DNA of 64,000 nucleotides from Calditrichia bacterium (lineage in GTDB: Bacteria; Calditrichota; Calditrichia; JAJRVZ01): contig CAWCNS010000008.1 in NCBI GenBank assembly GCA_963796965.1, positions 320,001-384,000 of the forward strand. Reading direction: 5' to 3'. Made by a program: the position numbers and the translations under genes. Below the pieces are notes generated by a model. That model saw nothing but the letters and a program-made list of their open reading frames with translations. It made no database searches and was not told the origin of the DNA. Shown in pieces: positions 1-9,288 of the stretch. Each line of letters begins with the position of its first letter. The first letter of the stretch is position 1.

Positions 1-852
1 CAACCCACATCCAGAAAATCCAGATAAGGAAGTTTTGCAAAACTTTCAGCATAACGATGGGGATCATCTCCGCAATAATGAATACCAAATGGACGCTGAC
101 TTTTACTCCAGGCCAAATCCAGAGGGAATAAGAATTGTTCATAATGTTCTACAGAGATCATCGTATGGGAACATTCGGAATGCAAAAACACCGGTTTATC
201 AAAATGCCGGATATTTCTATTTACTGAGATTGAGCTACTTCCTGTTTCCGGCTGAATTCCCTGAATAAATTTAAAAATCACATCCCGAATATCGCGGAAG
301 TACTGTTCAAGCTCCATGGGTTTCTCAAGAAAGTCCATAAGCAGGCCTTGGCCTCTCAAATCCAGAGCAATATTAAGGACACCACCCCAATTTACATCGC
401 CGGTAAGATATCCAAATTTCTCTTTTAAGCTTTTCTGTAAGATTAACAAAAGATTTGAAGACTTCTGACTCAAAGGGTTTTTCATCAAGAAATGTCAGTT
501 CGTCATTAAAAGCAGGAATAACTTGTGGTGGCTCATCTTCCCTATAGTCTACTTTACAGCCGAGCATTTCTGAAAGTATGTAACCGGCGGCTAAGTGCAC
601 GGCACCTATTTCCGGTTTGGCCTTATCTTTATCACCCCCCAGGCCATAGTTTCCCCATTTATCATAGAGAATTTGCTCCATTTTTTGTTCAGCTTCAACA
701 CGGCGAAGGGGATGGAAGAAAAAATCCCGATCAAACGTAATTCCCGCGTGCTTAAACCACCAGGAAGGGGATAGGACAATATCAACAGGAATAAAATTTT
801 CCGGAAGTAGTCGCTTGATTGTATTCATTTTTTTCAGACCCATAATTTCCAA
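1..852 (-). CDS. Uroporphyrinogen decarboxylase / MtaA-CmuA-like family protein; frameshift near 420, runs off the window edge
   Basis: ORF 373..852 continues in another frame as GYLTGDVNWGGVLNIALDLRG...FLHSECSHTMIS..YEQF...FGIHYCG. ALDLRG, MIS..Y..F and IHYCG are typical URO-D/MtaA-fold motifs. Confidence 0.6.
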
Positions 853-864
853 TTAAATAAAGTG

Positions 865-2415
865 TTATTCTGCACCATGCTTTTTATTTATCCAGCCATG
901 AAAAGTCAGATTAGATTCCGGCGCTTCATATTTGAAAAACAAACTGGCAACATATCCGACAACCAAAACGATTACATGTGTATAAACACCAAGCATGTAT
1001 TTATGGTGTGTAAAATTCCAATCTCCAAGATCGATGATCAGACTATCACCAATTTTCATTGAAGTACAAATTGCATATGCTGTAAAAAGAATACTGGAGA
1101 TAATACCAATATTTACGCCCCGGGCATTTGCTCTTTTTGTCAATAGCCCCAGCAGGAATATTCCGACGATACCACCTGAAAAAATGGCATAAAGTCCAAA
1201 CACAATTCCTAGCACTCCCTTACCTCCTACCTGCACATAAAGGGTGGCAACAATTAATGCAGCTATGCCGGAAAAGAAAACAACAATTTTACCAACTTTT
1301 AATCTCTGCACATCCGTACTTTCCGGTTTGAATCTGATATAATAATCCTCCACACCAACTGCAGACAAACAATTCATATCAGAATCTAAACTTGATACAG
1401 CAGCAGCAATTAACGCAGAAAGAATTAATCCAACCAGTCCGGTAGGTAATTTGGTAATAATAAAATAGGGGAACACTTCATCTGGTTTAATATTTGGGGG
1501 AAGTACATCAGTCGAAATCTGATAGTAAGCAAACAGGGCTGTCCCCACGAACATAAATAATGTCCAGACAGGTAAACTTAGCCAAACCCCCATCAAACCT
1601 GCTCTGATCGCCCCTTTGTCGCTCTTGGCTGTTAGATAGCGTTGAATAATGGTTTGATCCGTTCCATATTTTTGGATTCCATAGAATATGCCATTAAGGA
1701 CCATGACAATAAATGTCAGTTTTGTAAAATCCCAATCATAGGGGGCAAAACTAATTTTTTTATGTTCAATCGCCGTTTGAATAATGGCAATAGGGCCACC
1801 ATCTACGAGATAAAATAAAACACCTAATGTGAGTATCCCACCGGCAACAAGCATAAAACCCTGAATTACATCAAGCCAGATGACTGCCTCTATACCTCCT
1901 TTGAGTGTAATAAATATGACGGCAAATCCGATAATCCAGATTATCAAATAGGTATTTACACCGGTCATGCTTGTAAGAGCCAACCCCATCAGAAAGAATA
2001 CGGTACCCATTTTTGAAAAGTGTGTCAAAGTAAAAGCAAAGGAACTATAAAAACGAGCAAACGCACCGAATCTTTTTTCAAAATATTCATAAGCACTGAT
2101 CCCGATCACCTTACGATACAGCGGGACCACTATCCATACTAATCCGGAGAGAACGATGACGATCATAATTGCCTGGACAAGTAATATCCAGTTTGATTTG
2201 AATCCCTCACCCGGATAGGCAAGAAATGTTATGCTACTTATCAATGTTGCCAAAATAGACATACCCACCGCCCATGAGGGGATTTTTCCTGAAGCTTTAA
2301 AATAATTGTTTGTATCAGTCTGCCTCTTTGCAAAGTAAACACCGACATAGAGCGATCCCAGTAGCGATACTGCAATAACAACATAGTCGAACCAGCCTAA
2401 AGTTTGTTCGTACAT
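865..2415 (-). CDS. Sodium:solute symporter (SSS), SiaT-like sugar/acid-sugar transporter
   Basis: 516 aa polytopic membrane protein with YF.A...IP.WAVG.S..AT..SS.TFL..PG, SAYEYFEKRFG, GG..AVIW.DV.Q, DQ..IQRYL and AA.SSLDS motifs. Confidence 0.93.
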   Translation of the reverse strand: MYEQTLGWFDYVVIAVSLLGSLYVGVYFAKRQTDTNNYFKASGKIPSWAVGMSILATLISSITFLAYPGEGFKSNWILLVQAIMIVIVLSGLVWIVVPLYRKVIGISAYEYFEKRFGAFARFYSSFAFTLTHFSKMGTVFFLMGLALTSMTGVNTYLIIWIIGFAVIFITLKGGIEAVIWLDVIQGFMLVAGGILTLGVLFYLVDGGPIAIIQTAIEHKKISFAPYDWDFTKLTFIVMVLNGIFYGIQKYGTDQTIIQRYLTAKSDKGAIRAGLMGVWLSLPVWTLFMFVGTALFAYYQISTDVLPPNIKPDEVFPYFIITKLPTGLVGLILSALIAAAVSSLDSDMNCLSAVGVEDYYIRFKPESTDVQRLKVGKIVVFFSGIAALIVATLYVQVGGKGVLGIVFGLYAIFSGGIVGIFLLGLLTKRANARGVNIGIISSILFTAYAICTSMKIGDSLIIDLGDWNFTHHKYMLGVYTHVIVLVVGYVASLFFKYEAPESNLTFHGWINKKHGAE

Positions 2416-2425
2416 TTACTTTTCC

Positions 2426-2620
2426 TCACTTGGTTTTGATTTTTGTTTTCTTTGCATATGCAATTGAACCTGCAGAGTCTATGGATAGCAACATTGTATA
2501 TAGACCGCCATCTCCGGCGATATCACATATTGTTTTTCTATCGACATAAGTTCCAATAATAGGAAGACCGGGTGTAAAATTTACCCGGGAGTCATCTTGA
2601 TAACTATTATATAAGGGCAT
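2426..2620 (-). pseudogene. 64-aa ORF, possible remnant of a ThDP-binding enzyme
   Basis: Fills the gap between the aldolase and SSS genes. GLPIIG..DRKTICDIAGDGGL resembles the GDG ThDP-binding motif of pyruvate oxidase/AHAS. Confidence 0.3.
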
Positions 2621-3524
2621 ATTTTTTATTTAATAACCTTAACTGCTCTCTTATTCCCTGCTCTAGTTCTGGGGAAAGACGCTTGAGCGGTGGTAAAACA
2701 TATGGCTCACATAATCCGGCTTCATTTAGAACAATCTTAAATGCTGCCAATGAATGCGACAAAATAAATCCCTTCTGATAAGAAAGGGAAATCTCGTCCG
2801 TTTCATTTTGCAATTTGCGTGCATTCTCTCCATCACCCGAAACACCCGCTTCATACAAATCTTGATACATTTTAGGTACCAGATTACCGGTGCTCGGTAC
2901 TATACCATCACATCCTTTTAGCAATGCTTCTGCCGAAACAGTAGCCCAACCACTCAGGTATGAGAAATCCGGTCGGTTAACCCATCTCCTTAAGGATTCT
3001 TCAAGTCGATCAGGATCACGCTCAGAATCTTTCAATCCCACAATACGCGGATGGTGGCTTAGTTTCTCTACCACATCCAGGGGTAAGGACAGTCCTGTTA
3101 CAGGAGGAATATTATATAGGATAAGAGGTCCGGGAATGCTTTCGATCAGTTCTTCAAAATAATTTAAAATTTGATCTTCGTTTAGGGGATAATATCCAGG
3201 TGGATGAGCCACCATTACATCCACACCCTGATCAAAATACTGTTGAGCAGATTCAATTGAAGTTTTTAGACAGTTTCCCGAAATACCGGCATAAGTAACA
3301 GTCTGTTTACCAGCCGTTTCAACCATATTTTTTACAAATTCCAATCGATATTCTTCAGGAATTGAAGCAGATTCTCCTGTGGTTCCCAAAATGAACGGCA
3401 TTGCCCCATTGGATACCACATGTTTGATTGACTTCCTTGCTGAATTTTGATCAATCTGTCTATCTTGTGTAAACGGTGTGACCATTGGAACGATAACACC
3501 GCTATACTTTTTTCTCTTCATCAT
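2607..3524 (-). CDS. DapA/NanA-family class I aldolase (copy 1)
   Basis: GVIVPMVTPF, GTTGE, LYNIP, Schiff-base KDS. Confidence 0.9.
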   Translation of the reverse strand: MMKRKKYSGVIVPMVTPFTQDRQIDQNSARKSIKHVVSNGAMPFILGTTGESASIPEEYRLEFVKNMVETAGKQTVTYAGISGNCLKTSIESAQQYFDQGVDVMVAHPPGYYPLNEDQILNYFEELIESIPGPLILYNIPPVTGLSLPLDVVEKLSHHPRIVGLKDSERDPDRLEESLRRWVNRPDFSYLSGWATVSAEALLKGCDGIVPSTGNLVPKMYQDLYEAGVSGDGENARKLQNETDEISLSYQKGFILSHSLAAFKIVLNEAGLCEPYVLPPLKRLSPELEQGIREQLRLLNKKYALI

Positions 3525-3685
3525 TATTCACCTTTTCTACAAACATTTAGTACATATAAAACCAAAGTGATATAAATTTTTATCTACCCATCTACGTGAG
3601 GATATCTTTAAAATCATTTACGATTTTTATATACAGGTAAATATTTTCTATTATTTAATGTACTATTTAATTGTTTATCTTATTT

Positions 3686-3847
3686 TTAACCACTAAACAC
3701 ACAAAGAAAAATTTCTTAATAAAAACTTTGTGATCTTAGTGCCTTTGAAATCTTGTCCCGAAGGGATTCCTATGGAAGAGGATTTCATCCCAAAATATCT
3801 ACTTGATGTAGATATAGATATCGGGGCTTAGTGGACTTTGTGGTTAA
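3686..3847. repeat. Palindromic element (TTAACCAC...GTGGTTAA family) with nested hairpins
   Basis: Arms AACCACTAAACACACAAAG and CTTAGTGGACTTTGTGGTT. Internal TGAAATC..GATTTCA (3746-3787) encloses two small hairpins, followed by ATATCTAC-N5-GTAGATAT (3795-3815). Confidence 0.75.
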
Positions 3848-3853
3848 TTTTTT

Positions 3854-4789
3854 TCAATCAAGAAACTCCAAGATTTGTGATGCAATATCTTCTGAGCGCA
3901 ATCCAAACTTTTTTCTCATCTCATCATTTGAGCCCGATCTGCCAAACACATCCCGTACACCAATTCTTTTAACCCGCGTGGGATGATTTTCGCAAACATA
4001 TTCTGATACCGCAGAACCCACACCACCTATAATATTATGATTATCCACCGTTATAATACAATTAGTTTCTTGCGCAGCTTTTAAAATCGCCCCCCCATCC
4101 ACAGGCTTTAGAGAACTCATATTAATCACCCGGGATTTTATTCCGTGTTTATATTCCAAAAACTCTGCAGCCTCCATTGTTTGCGGAATCATTTCACCAT
4201 AGGTAATAATAGAAATATCACTTCCCTCTTTTAAAAGGGTTGATTTTCCTAACTCAAAGTTATAATTATCCGGTACATATCTTATAGAGGGTTCTCTAGA
4301 GACGCGGATATACATCGGGCCAACATGTTGCGTAGCAAATTTAAGTAAAGCCATCATTTCCCAGGCGTCTGCCGGTTGAACAACTGACATCCTGGGGATT
4401 GCCCGGGTAATTGCGATATCTTCAAGCGCCTGATGTGAGCCACCGTTTTTTCCTACAAATAATCCTGTATAAACACCAAGAATTTTGACATTTAGATTTT
4501 GGAGAGCGATTGAAGTCGTTACCTGGTCGCATGCCCGTCGCGTGCAAAACGCGGCTAAAGCAGAGGCAAAAGGTTTTAGCCCGGTTGTGGCCAACCCAGC
4601 GGCAACACCCATCATATTTTGTTCCGCAATACCAACTTCAATAAATCTATCCGGATTTTTTTCTCTAAATTCTTCAGTTATTGTACAGGTATAAAAATCT
4701 GCATCCAAGACCACAATATCAGGATCTTCCTTAGCAAGATCCACCAATGTACTGCCAATAATATTTCTGGGTACTAACATTTCTGACAT
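3854..4789 (-). CDS. Transketolase C-terminal (pyrimidine-binding) subunit of a split transketolase
   Basis: DRFIEVGIAEQNM, GGSHQALED, GPMYIR, GGVGSAV. Confidence 0.92.
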   Translation of the reverse strand: MSEMLVPRNIIGSTLVDLAKEDPDIVVLDADFYTCTITEEFREKNPDRFIEVGIAEQNMMGVAAGLATTGLKPFASALAAFCTRRACDQVTTSIALQNLNVKILGVYTGLFVGKNGGSHQALEDIAITRAIPRMSVVQPADAWEMMALLKFATQHVGPMYIRVSREPSIRYVPDNYNFELGKSTLLKEGSDISIITYGEMIPQTMEAAEFLEYKHGIKSRVINMSSLKPVDGGAILKAAQETNCIITVDNHNIIGGVGSAVSEYVCENHPTRVKRIGVRDVFGRSGSNDEMRKKFGLRSEDIASQILEFLD

Positions 4790-4843
4790 CTTAAGTTACT
4801 CCATTGAGTTTATAGTAGAATATCTGTTCAATTATTTTTTTCT

Positions 4844-4962
4844 GCATAGCGCAGAGGGCACGGAATGAACTACATCACTGCTCCACATCCCTAGTGCAAG
4901 CTGTGCCAGTATGTAGGTGATCAGAGTGTTGCAGTTCAACCTGGCTTACCTTTGCGCTATGC
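4844..4962. repeat. Nested palindromic element between the two transketolase subunit genes
   Basis: Outer IR GCATAGCGCA/TGCGCTATGC. Inner IR TGAACTACATCACT (4866-4879)/AGTGTTGCAGTTCA (4925-4938). Confidence 0.7.
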
Positions 4963-5808
4963 TCCAGGCGTTTTGCTAATAGATCCCGTCCGCAACTCTT
5001 CTATGGTCTTCTTGGCATCCTCCGGAGTGAATACAGGCATAGCATGGGAACTACGGGTTCCTTCGATCATGGACATCCCCTTACCTTTTACAGTATGTGC
5101 AATGATCATCGTTGGCTTCCCTTTAACCTCTTTTGCCTTGGCTAATGCATCCAGCAATTCAGCAACTGAATGTCCATCAACTTCTAAGACATGCCATCCA
5201 AATGCTTGCCATTTATCTACCACCGGTTCTAAGGGAACCGTCTCCTCGATTGGTCCGGTTAAAGCAATTTTATTATAATCCAGAATGGCAACGAGATTGT
5301 CAATTTTATAATTGGGGGCCAACATGGAAGCTTCCCATACCATTCCCTCATTTGCTTCCCCGTCTCCAATTATGACGTATATGCGAAAATCTTTTTTTTG
5401 TATGCGTGATGCCAGGGCCATACCTATTCCTGCTGAAAGCCCTTGCCCCAATGCTCCCGTTCCCATGTCGATTCCTGGACATATGCCCAACTCCGGATGT
5501 CCCTGAATAGGACTATCCACCTCATACGGATGATAGAGTTCTTCTTCTTTTAAATACCCTATTCTGGCCAATGCGGCGTAAACCGTAAAACAGCCGTGCC
5601 CCTTTGAAAGGATGAATCGATCTCTATCTGGATCGTTTGGATCTTTCGAATTTATCTTCATTTCATTAAAATATAAGACAGAAACCATTTCAGCTATGGA
5701 CATTGACCCTCCGGCATGTCCGCTGCCAGCTACTTCCATCATTTTTACTACCTGAACGCGTAAATCTGTTGCAATCTGTTCAAGCCTTTTTATTTCTTCT
5801 TGCTTCAT
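4957..5808 (-). CDS. Transketolase N-terminal (ThDP-binding) subunit of a split transketolase
   Basis: GHAGGSMS, DRFILSKGH, QGHP, GALGQG, GDGE.NEG..WEA, HTVKGKG. Confidence 0.92.
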   Translation of the reverse strand: MKQEEIKRLEQIATDLRVQVVKMMEVAGSGHAGGSMSIAEMVSVLYFNEMKINSKDPNDPDRDRFILSKGHGCFTVYAALARIGYLKEEELYHPYEVDSPIQGHPELGICPGIDMGTGALGQGLSAGIGMALASRIQKKDFRIYVIIGDGEANEGMVWEASMLAPNYKIDNLVAILDYNKIALTGPIEETVPLEPVVDKWQAFGWHVLEVDGHSVAELLDALAKAKEVKGKPTMIIAHTVKGKGMSMIEGTRSSHAMPVFTPEDAKKTIEELRTGSISKTPGA

Positions 5809-5922
5809 TTTAACCTCTTGGTTGACTTTTGACTATTTTCAATTGAAATAGGATGGGACTACTATCATTATGAAAATTCCCAATTCCTAATTTCTAACTC
5901 CAGAATAATGACAAATCTTCTA

Positions 5923-7345
5923 TTACGGTTCATCTAAAAATCTCCAATTCGCCTTCTTAGGATCATATTTTGAATTAATTGTCATCTCCTGTACGTCTAG
6001 CCGTTTACGCCATTCCTGCAAACTTTTTCTCATTTGTGCAGCTTTTTCGGGCATCTCGTTTACCAGATCATTTTCTTCACCAATATCTTCTTTCACATTA
6101 TAGAGATTAATTTGCGTACCTTTACCAGTCAAGGTCTCTTCATACCATTCAATCAACTTGTAGTCTCCCGCACGCATAGCCCCTCCCGGAAGATAACCCA
6201 AATGATGATAATGGGGATAATGAAAGTAGAGTGCCGAACGATCAATCCCACCGGTTCCCTTAAGAATAGGCATAAGATTGACCCCATCTAAATCAGTTTT
6301 ATCATATATGGCACCGATCGCCGCCATGATAGTCGGAAAAAAATCTTCCGAAGTAACCAATGCATCAGAAGAACGCCCAGGAGAAATGACACTGGGCCAT
6401 TTTATTGCCATTGGGACCCGAAGGCCACCATCAAAAACCATGGCTTTACCTCCTCTCAAGGGTGCCTGATCCTGTAACTGTTCAAAACCGCCGTTATCAG
6501 AATAAAAGATGACAAGCGTTTTTTCCGTAAGACCCAAATCCTCTAGTTTCTTAATGAGCTGACCGATTCCCATATCCATTCGTTCTATCATTGCCCCCAT
6601 GATAGGATTATTGATATCCAGATCTGAACCCGGTTTATCCTGATATTTTTTAATCAGGTTAGCTTTTTCGTGTAAGGGGCGATGAACCGTGTGATAAGCT
6701 ACGTAACAGAAAAATGGTTTACTTTGGTTCTTATCGATAAATTGCAGAGCAAGATCAGTGATTTCAATGGTATGATGGGCGTCTTTTTCTGAGTCAGCAT
6801 CTGCCGTTGGTTTAACCGAAGTAAACACTTCATCAAAGCCTTGGGACCCCGGATCTTGTGGCCTTCCAGGTTTGTAATTCTTATCCTTGCTCAAATGCCA
6901 TTTTCCAAAATGACCTGTTGTATAACCATTTTCTTTCAGTTTTTCGGCAATGGTTATCTCTTCCAGAGGGAGGCCAAGAATTTGCTGTGGTGTCGTAAGT
7001 TTGGCATAGGGATATGGACTTCCGGGAATGTAATCTGTCAGATGTAAGCGGGCCGGGTGCTTTCCGGTCATGATCCCACTTCGTGTGGGTGAACAAACCG
7101 GATCTGAGGCAAAAGCATTACTAAAATATATGCCATCGGCAGCTGAGCTGATCAATATTGCCGGTTTCATAGAAATCAACACCATGGTATCCGACCTGAT
7201 TCCAACCCAGATCATCGGCTAGAATAAAAAGAATATTCAATCGATCTTCTTGTGCGGGCTGACAACTAAGAAATATGAACCCAAAAAAAAGACAGATTAT
7301 TACTTCAAAGAGAAACTCTTTAGTTCGTTTAATCTCAGAAACCAT
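5923..7345 (-). CDS. Formylglycine-dependent (S1) sulfatase, lipoprotein; one frameshift near 7135
   Basis: N-terminal part (7121..7345) has lipobox FLSC and NILFILADDLGW. Main ORF has CSPTRSGIMTG (CxPxR), GKWHL, SDNGG, RGGK. Confidence 0.92.
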
Positions 7346-7407
7346 TCCAACCTCCTACATCTGAATTGCTAGTGTAAACTTCTAATTTAACCACCTATTA
7401 AAACAAA

Positions 7408-7455
7408 AACAGAGCAGCGCTCTGTTAATTTAAAAATCCGGGATCGCCACATCAA
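7408..7455 (-). promoter_or_regulatory. Sigma70 promoter of the sulfatase-transketolase unit with a palindromic operator
   Basis: Minus strand TTGATG (7455-7450), 17 nt, TAAATT (7432-7427), followed directly by the perfect palindrome AACAGAGC-AGC-GCTCTGTT (7408-7426). Confidence 0.7.
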
Positions 7456-7608
7456 GTTTTTTCTACAAATACGCTACAATTCCCGCCGCATTTTACTTCT
7501 GTTTAAGTATAGGCACTCTATCATTACAGCGAAATGCATATTGAAGTATCAGAAAAAAAAATACTATTATAGAAATATTTTCGATTTTACTCAATTTAAT
7601 ATCAATAA

Positions 7609-7636
7609 CGTTGCGTCGCGGCGGCGCTGCGTGAGA
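7609..7636. repeat. Right arm of a TCTCACGCAG-family repeat
   Basis: CGTTGCGTCGCGGCGGCGCTGCGTGAGA, matching the arms at 17521-17540 and about 48971-48999. Confidence 0.7.
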
Positions 7637-7660
7637 TCTGTTTTTGACGGGATGTCCTAC

Positions 7661-8563
7661 TCAATATTGATCCAGCGTTTTTGAAAGCGCAATAGCCCTC
7701 TCAATCATCTCATCCGCTATCTTTTCATGAAAACTATCAAATGGCAAAATGGGCTCTCGAACCTTCGGTGTGGAAAAAATACCCAATTTATGATAAAGCC
7801 GCTTCCCAAAATGAACCGATATATCCAGATGCTGATGTGAAAAGGCCAGAATTGTTAAAAGATCATAAAAAATGTTTTTAGCTCGTTCCCTCTCCCCGGT
7901 ATGGTGAAGCTGATAAATTTTGGTATAAACTTCAAGGAGGACTGTTGGCATAAATGCATTTACACCACGGTCAAGTCCCTCAATCATTTGACCGCCTGCC
8001 CATCCACCTGAGACGTGAAGTTCTCCTGCGGTTGATTTTAATATCTCACTATATTTTATACCAGCAGGGACAACTTCCACTTTAAGGCATTTGAAACAGT
8101 CTATTTTTTCAAATAAGTCAACTATCACATCAACCGGTATTCCATAGCCATGAAAATCCCAATCCTGTATCATTAAAAATCCCGGATCAAGTTCAGCAAT
8201 TTCAATTATATCTCTTTCGAAAGAAGTACGATCATCAAAAGGAATACTGACTAATATGCCCTGGCAGCCCAGATCAATCAAGGAACGTGCCTGATGTAAA
8301 CGATCCTCTTTCCTCTCTGCGGAGGCTCCACCAATTACTGTCACGCCTCCCTCACATGTTTCCAAAACAGTGGACACCATTTCTAATCGCTCTGCGGATG
8401 ACAATTTTTCCACTTCTGCAGCCTTCGCAGGAACGAGAAATCCTACCACACCACCTTTTAAAGCATTCTGAACATAGCGTTTCAAAGAATTATGATCAAT
8501 TTCGTTTTGCTCCGTGAAGGGAGTGTCACAGACAGCAATAATACCGTTTAAGTTCTCAACCAT
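7661..8563 (-). CDS. Divergent DapA-family protein, resembling the L-2-keto-3-deoxyarabonate dehydratase subfamily
   Basis: TPF present. PAKAAE replaces GTTGE, MIQD replaces LYN, and LKVE replaces KDS. Confidence 0.8.
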   Translation of the reverse strand: MVENLNGIIAVCDTPFTEQNEIDHNSLKRYVQNALKGGVVGFLVPAKAAEVEKLSSAERLEMVSTVLETCEGGVTVIGGASAERKEDRLHQARSLIDLGCQGILVSIPFDDRTSFERDIIEIAELDPGFLMIQDWDFHGYGIPVDVIVDLFEKIDCFKCLKVEVVPAGIKYSEILKSTAGELHVSGGWAGGQMIEGLDRGVNAFMPTVLLEVYTKIYQLHHTGERERAKNIFYDLLTILAFSHQHLDISVHFGKRLYHKLGIFSTPKVREPILPFDSFHEKIADEMIERAIALSKTLDQY

Positions 8564-8619
8564 TTATAAGATTATCCCTAATTTTTATTTTCCAAAATGA
8601 TCAGGCTGGTAGGAAATTC

Positions 8620-9258
8620 TTAAGAATTAAAATATTTATCTACTGTTATTTTTTGCTGCTCGATATATTTATCAACCTCTATGATTGTTCTTTTTATATC
8701 ATTACGTGGATAACCAATTAATCTTAAGCTATAATCAATTATCGTATTACTCAGCACAGAAGATTCTTCCTTTAACTTACCTTGTCTCTTCTGATCAAAA
8801 ATGCCATCGGCAATCCCTTGTATTGCAATGGCCAGATAGTCAATTTCTATCGGGGATATTTTATATTCAAAGAAGGTTTTGAGTCTAAGTCTCTTATTTT
8901 GTAACGAGTACTCGTGTATCTCTGGTATATTCTGTGCCGCAGCAAAGAACTGTGAGGTCTTTGGATGTTCTAAGGTTGTTATATAGCCTATCCGGAAATC
9001 CAGGGCAAACCCTACTTCTGGCCGGAATGAAAGTTTAGAGATATCATTTATCTGAGTCCTCAAGACATTAACATAATCCTTACAAATTACTTTTAATATG
9101 CTCAACTTGTTGGGAAAATGAAAATATAGATTGCCCATTGACGTGTTTGCTGAATCCACAATCTGCCTCACAGATGTGTTTTCATATCCGTTTTCGGCAA
9201 ACAATTTTCGTGCAGAATGGAGAATTATTTCTCGTTTATTTCCGTTTTTTTTGCTCAT
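8620..9258 (-). CDS. TetR/AcrR family regulator
   Basis: N-terminal HTH ARKLFAENGYENTSVRQIV...SMGNLYFHFPNK. Confidence 0.93.
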   Translation of the reverse strand: MSKKNGNKREIILHSARKLFAENGYENTSVRQIVDSANTSMGNLYFHFPNKLSILKVICKDYVNVLRTQINDISKLSFRPEVGFALDFRIGYITTLEHPKTSQFFAAAQNIPEIHEYSLQNKRLRLKTFFEYKISPIEIDYLAIAIQGIADGIFDQKRQGKLKEESSVLSNTIIDYSLRLIGYPRNDIKRTIIEVDKYIEQQKITVDKYFNS

Positions 9259-9288
9259 ATATTTTGATCCGGTTCTTCATTCAGATAA

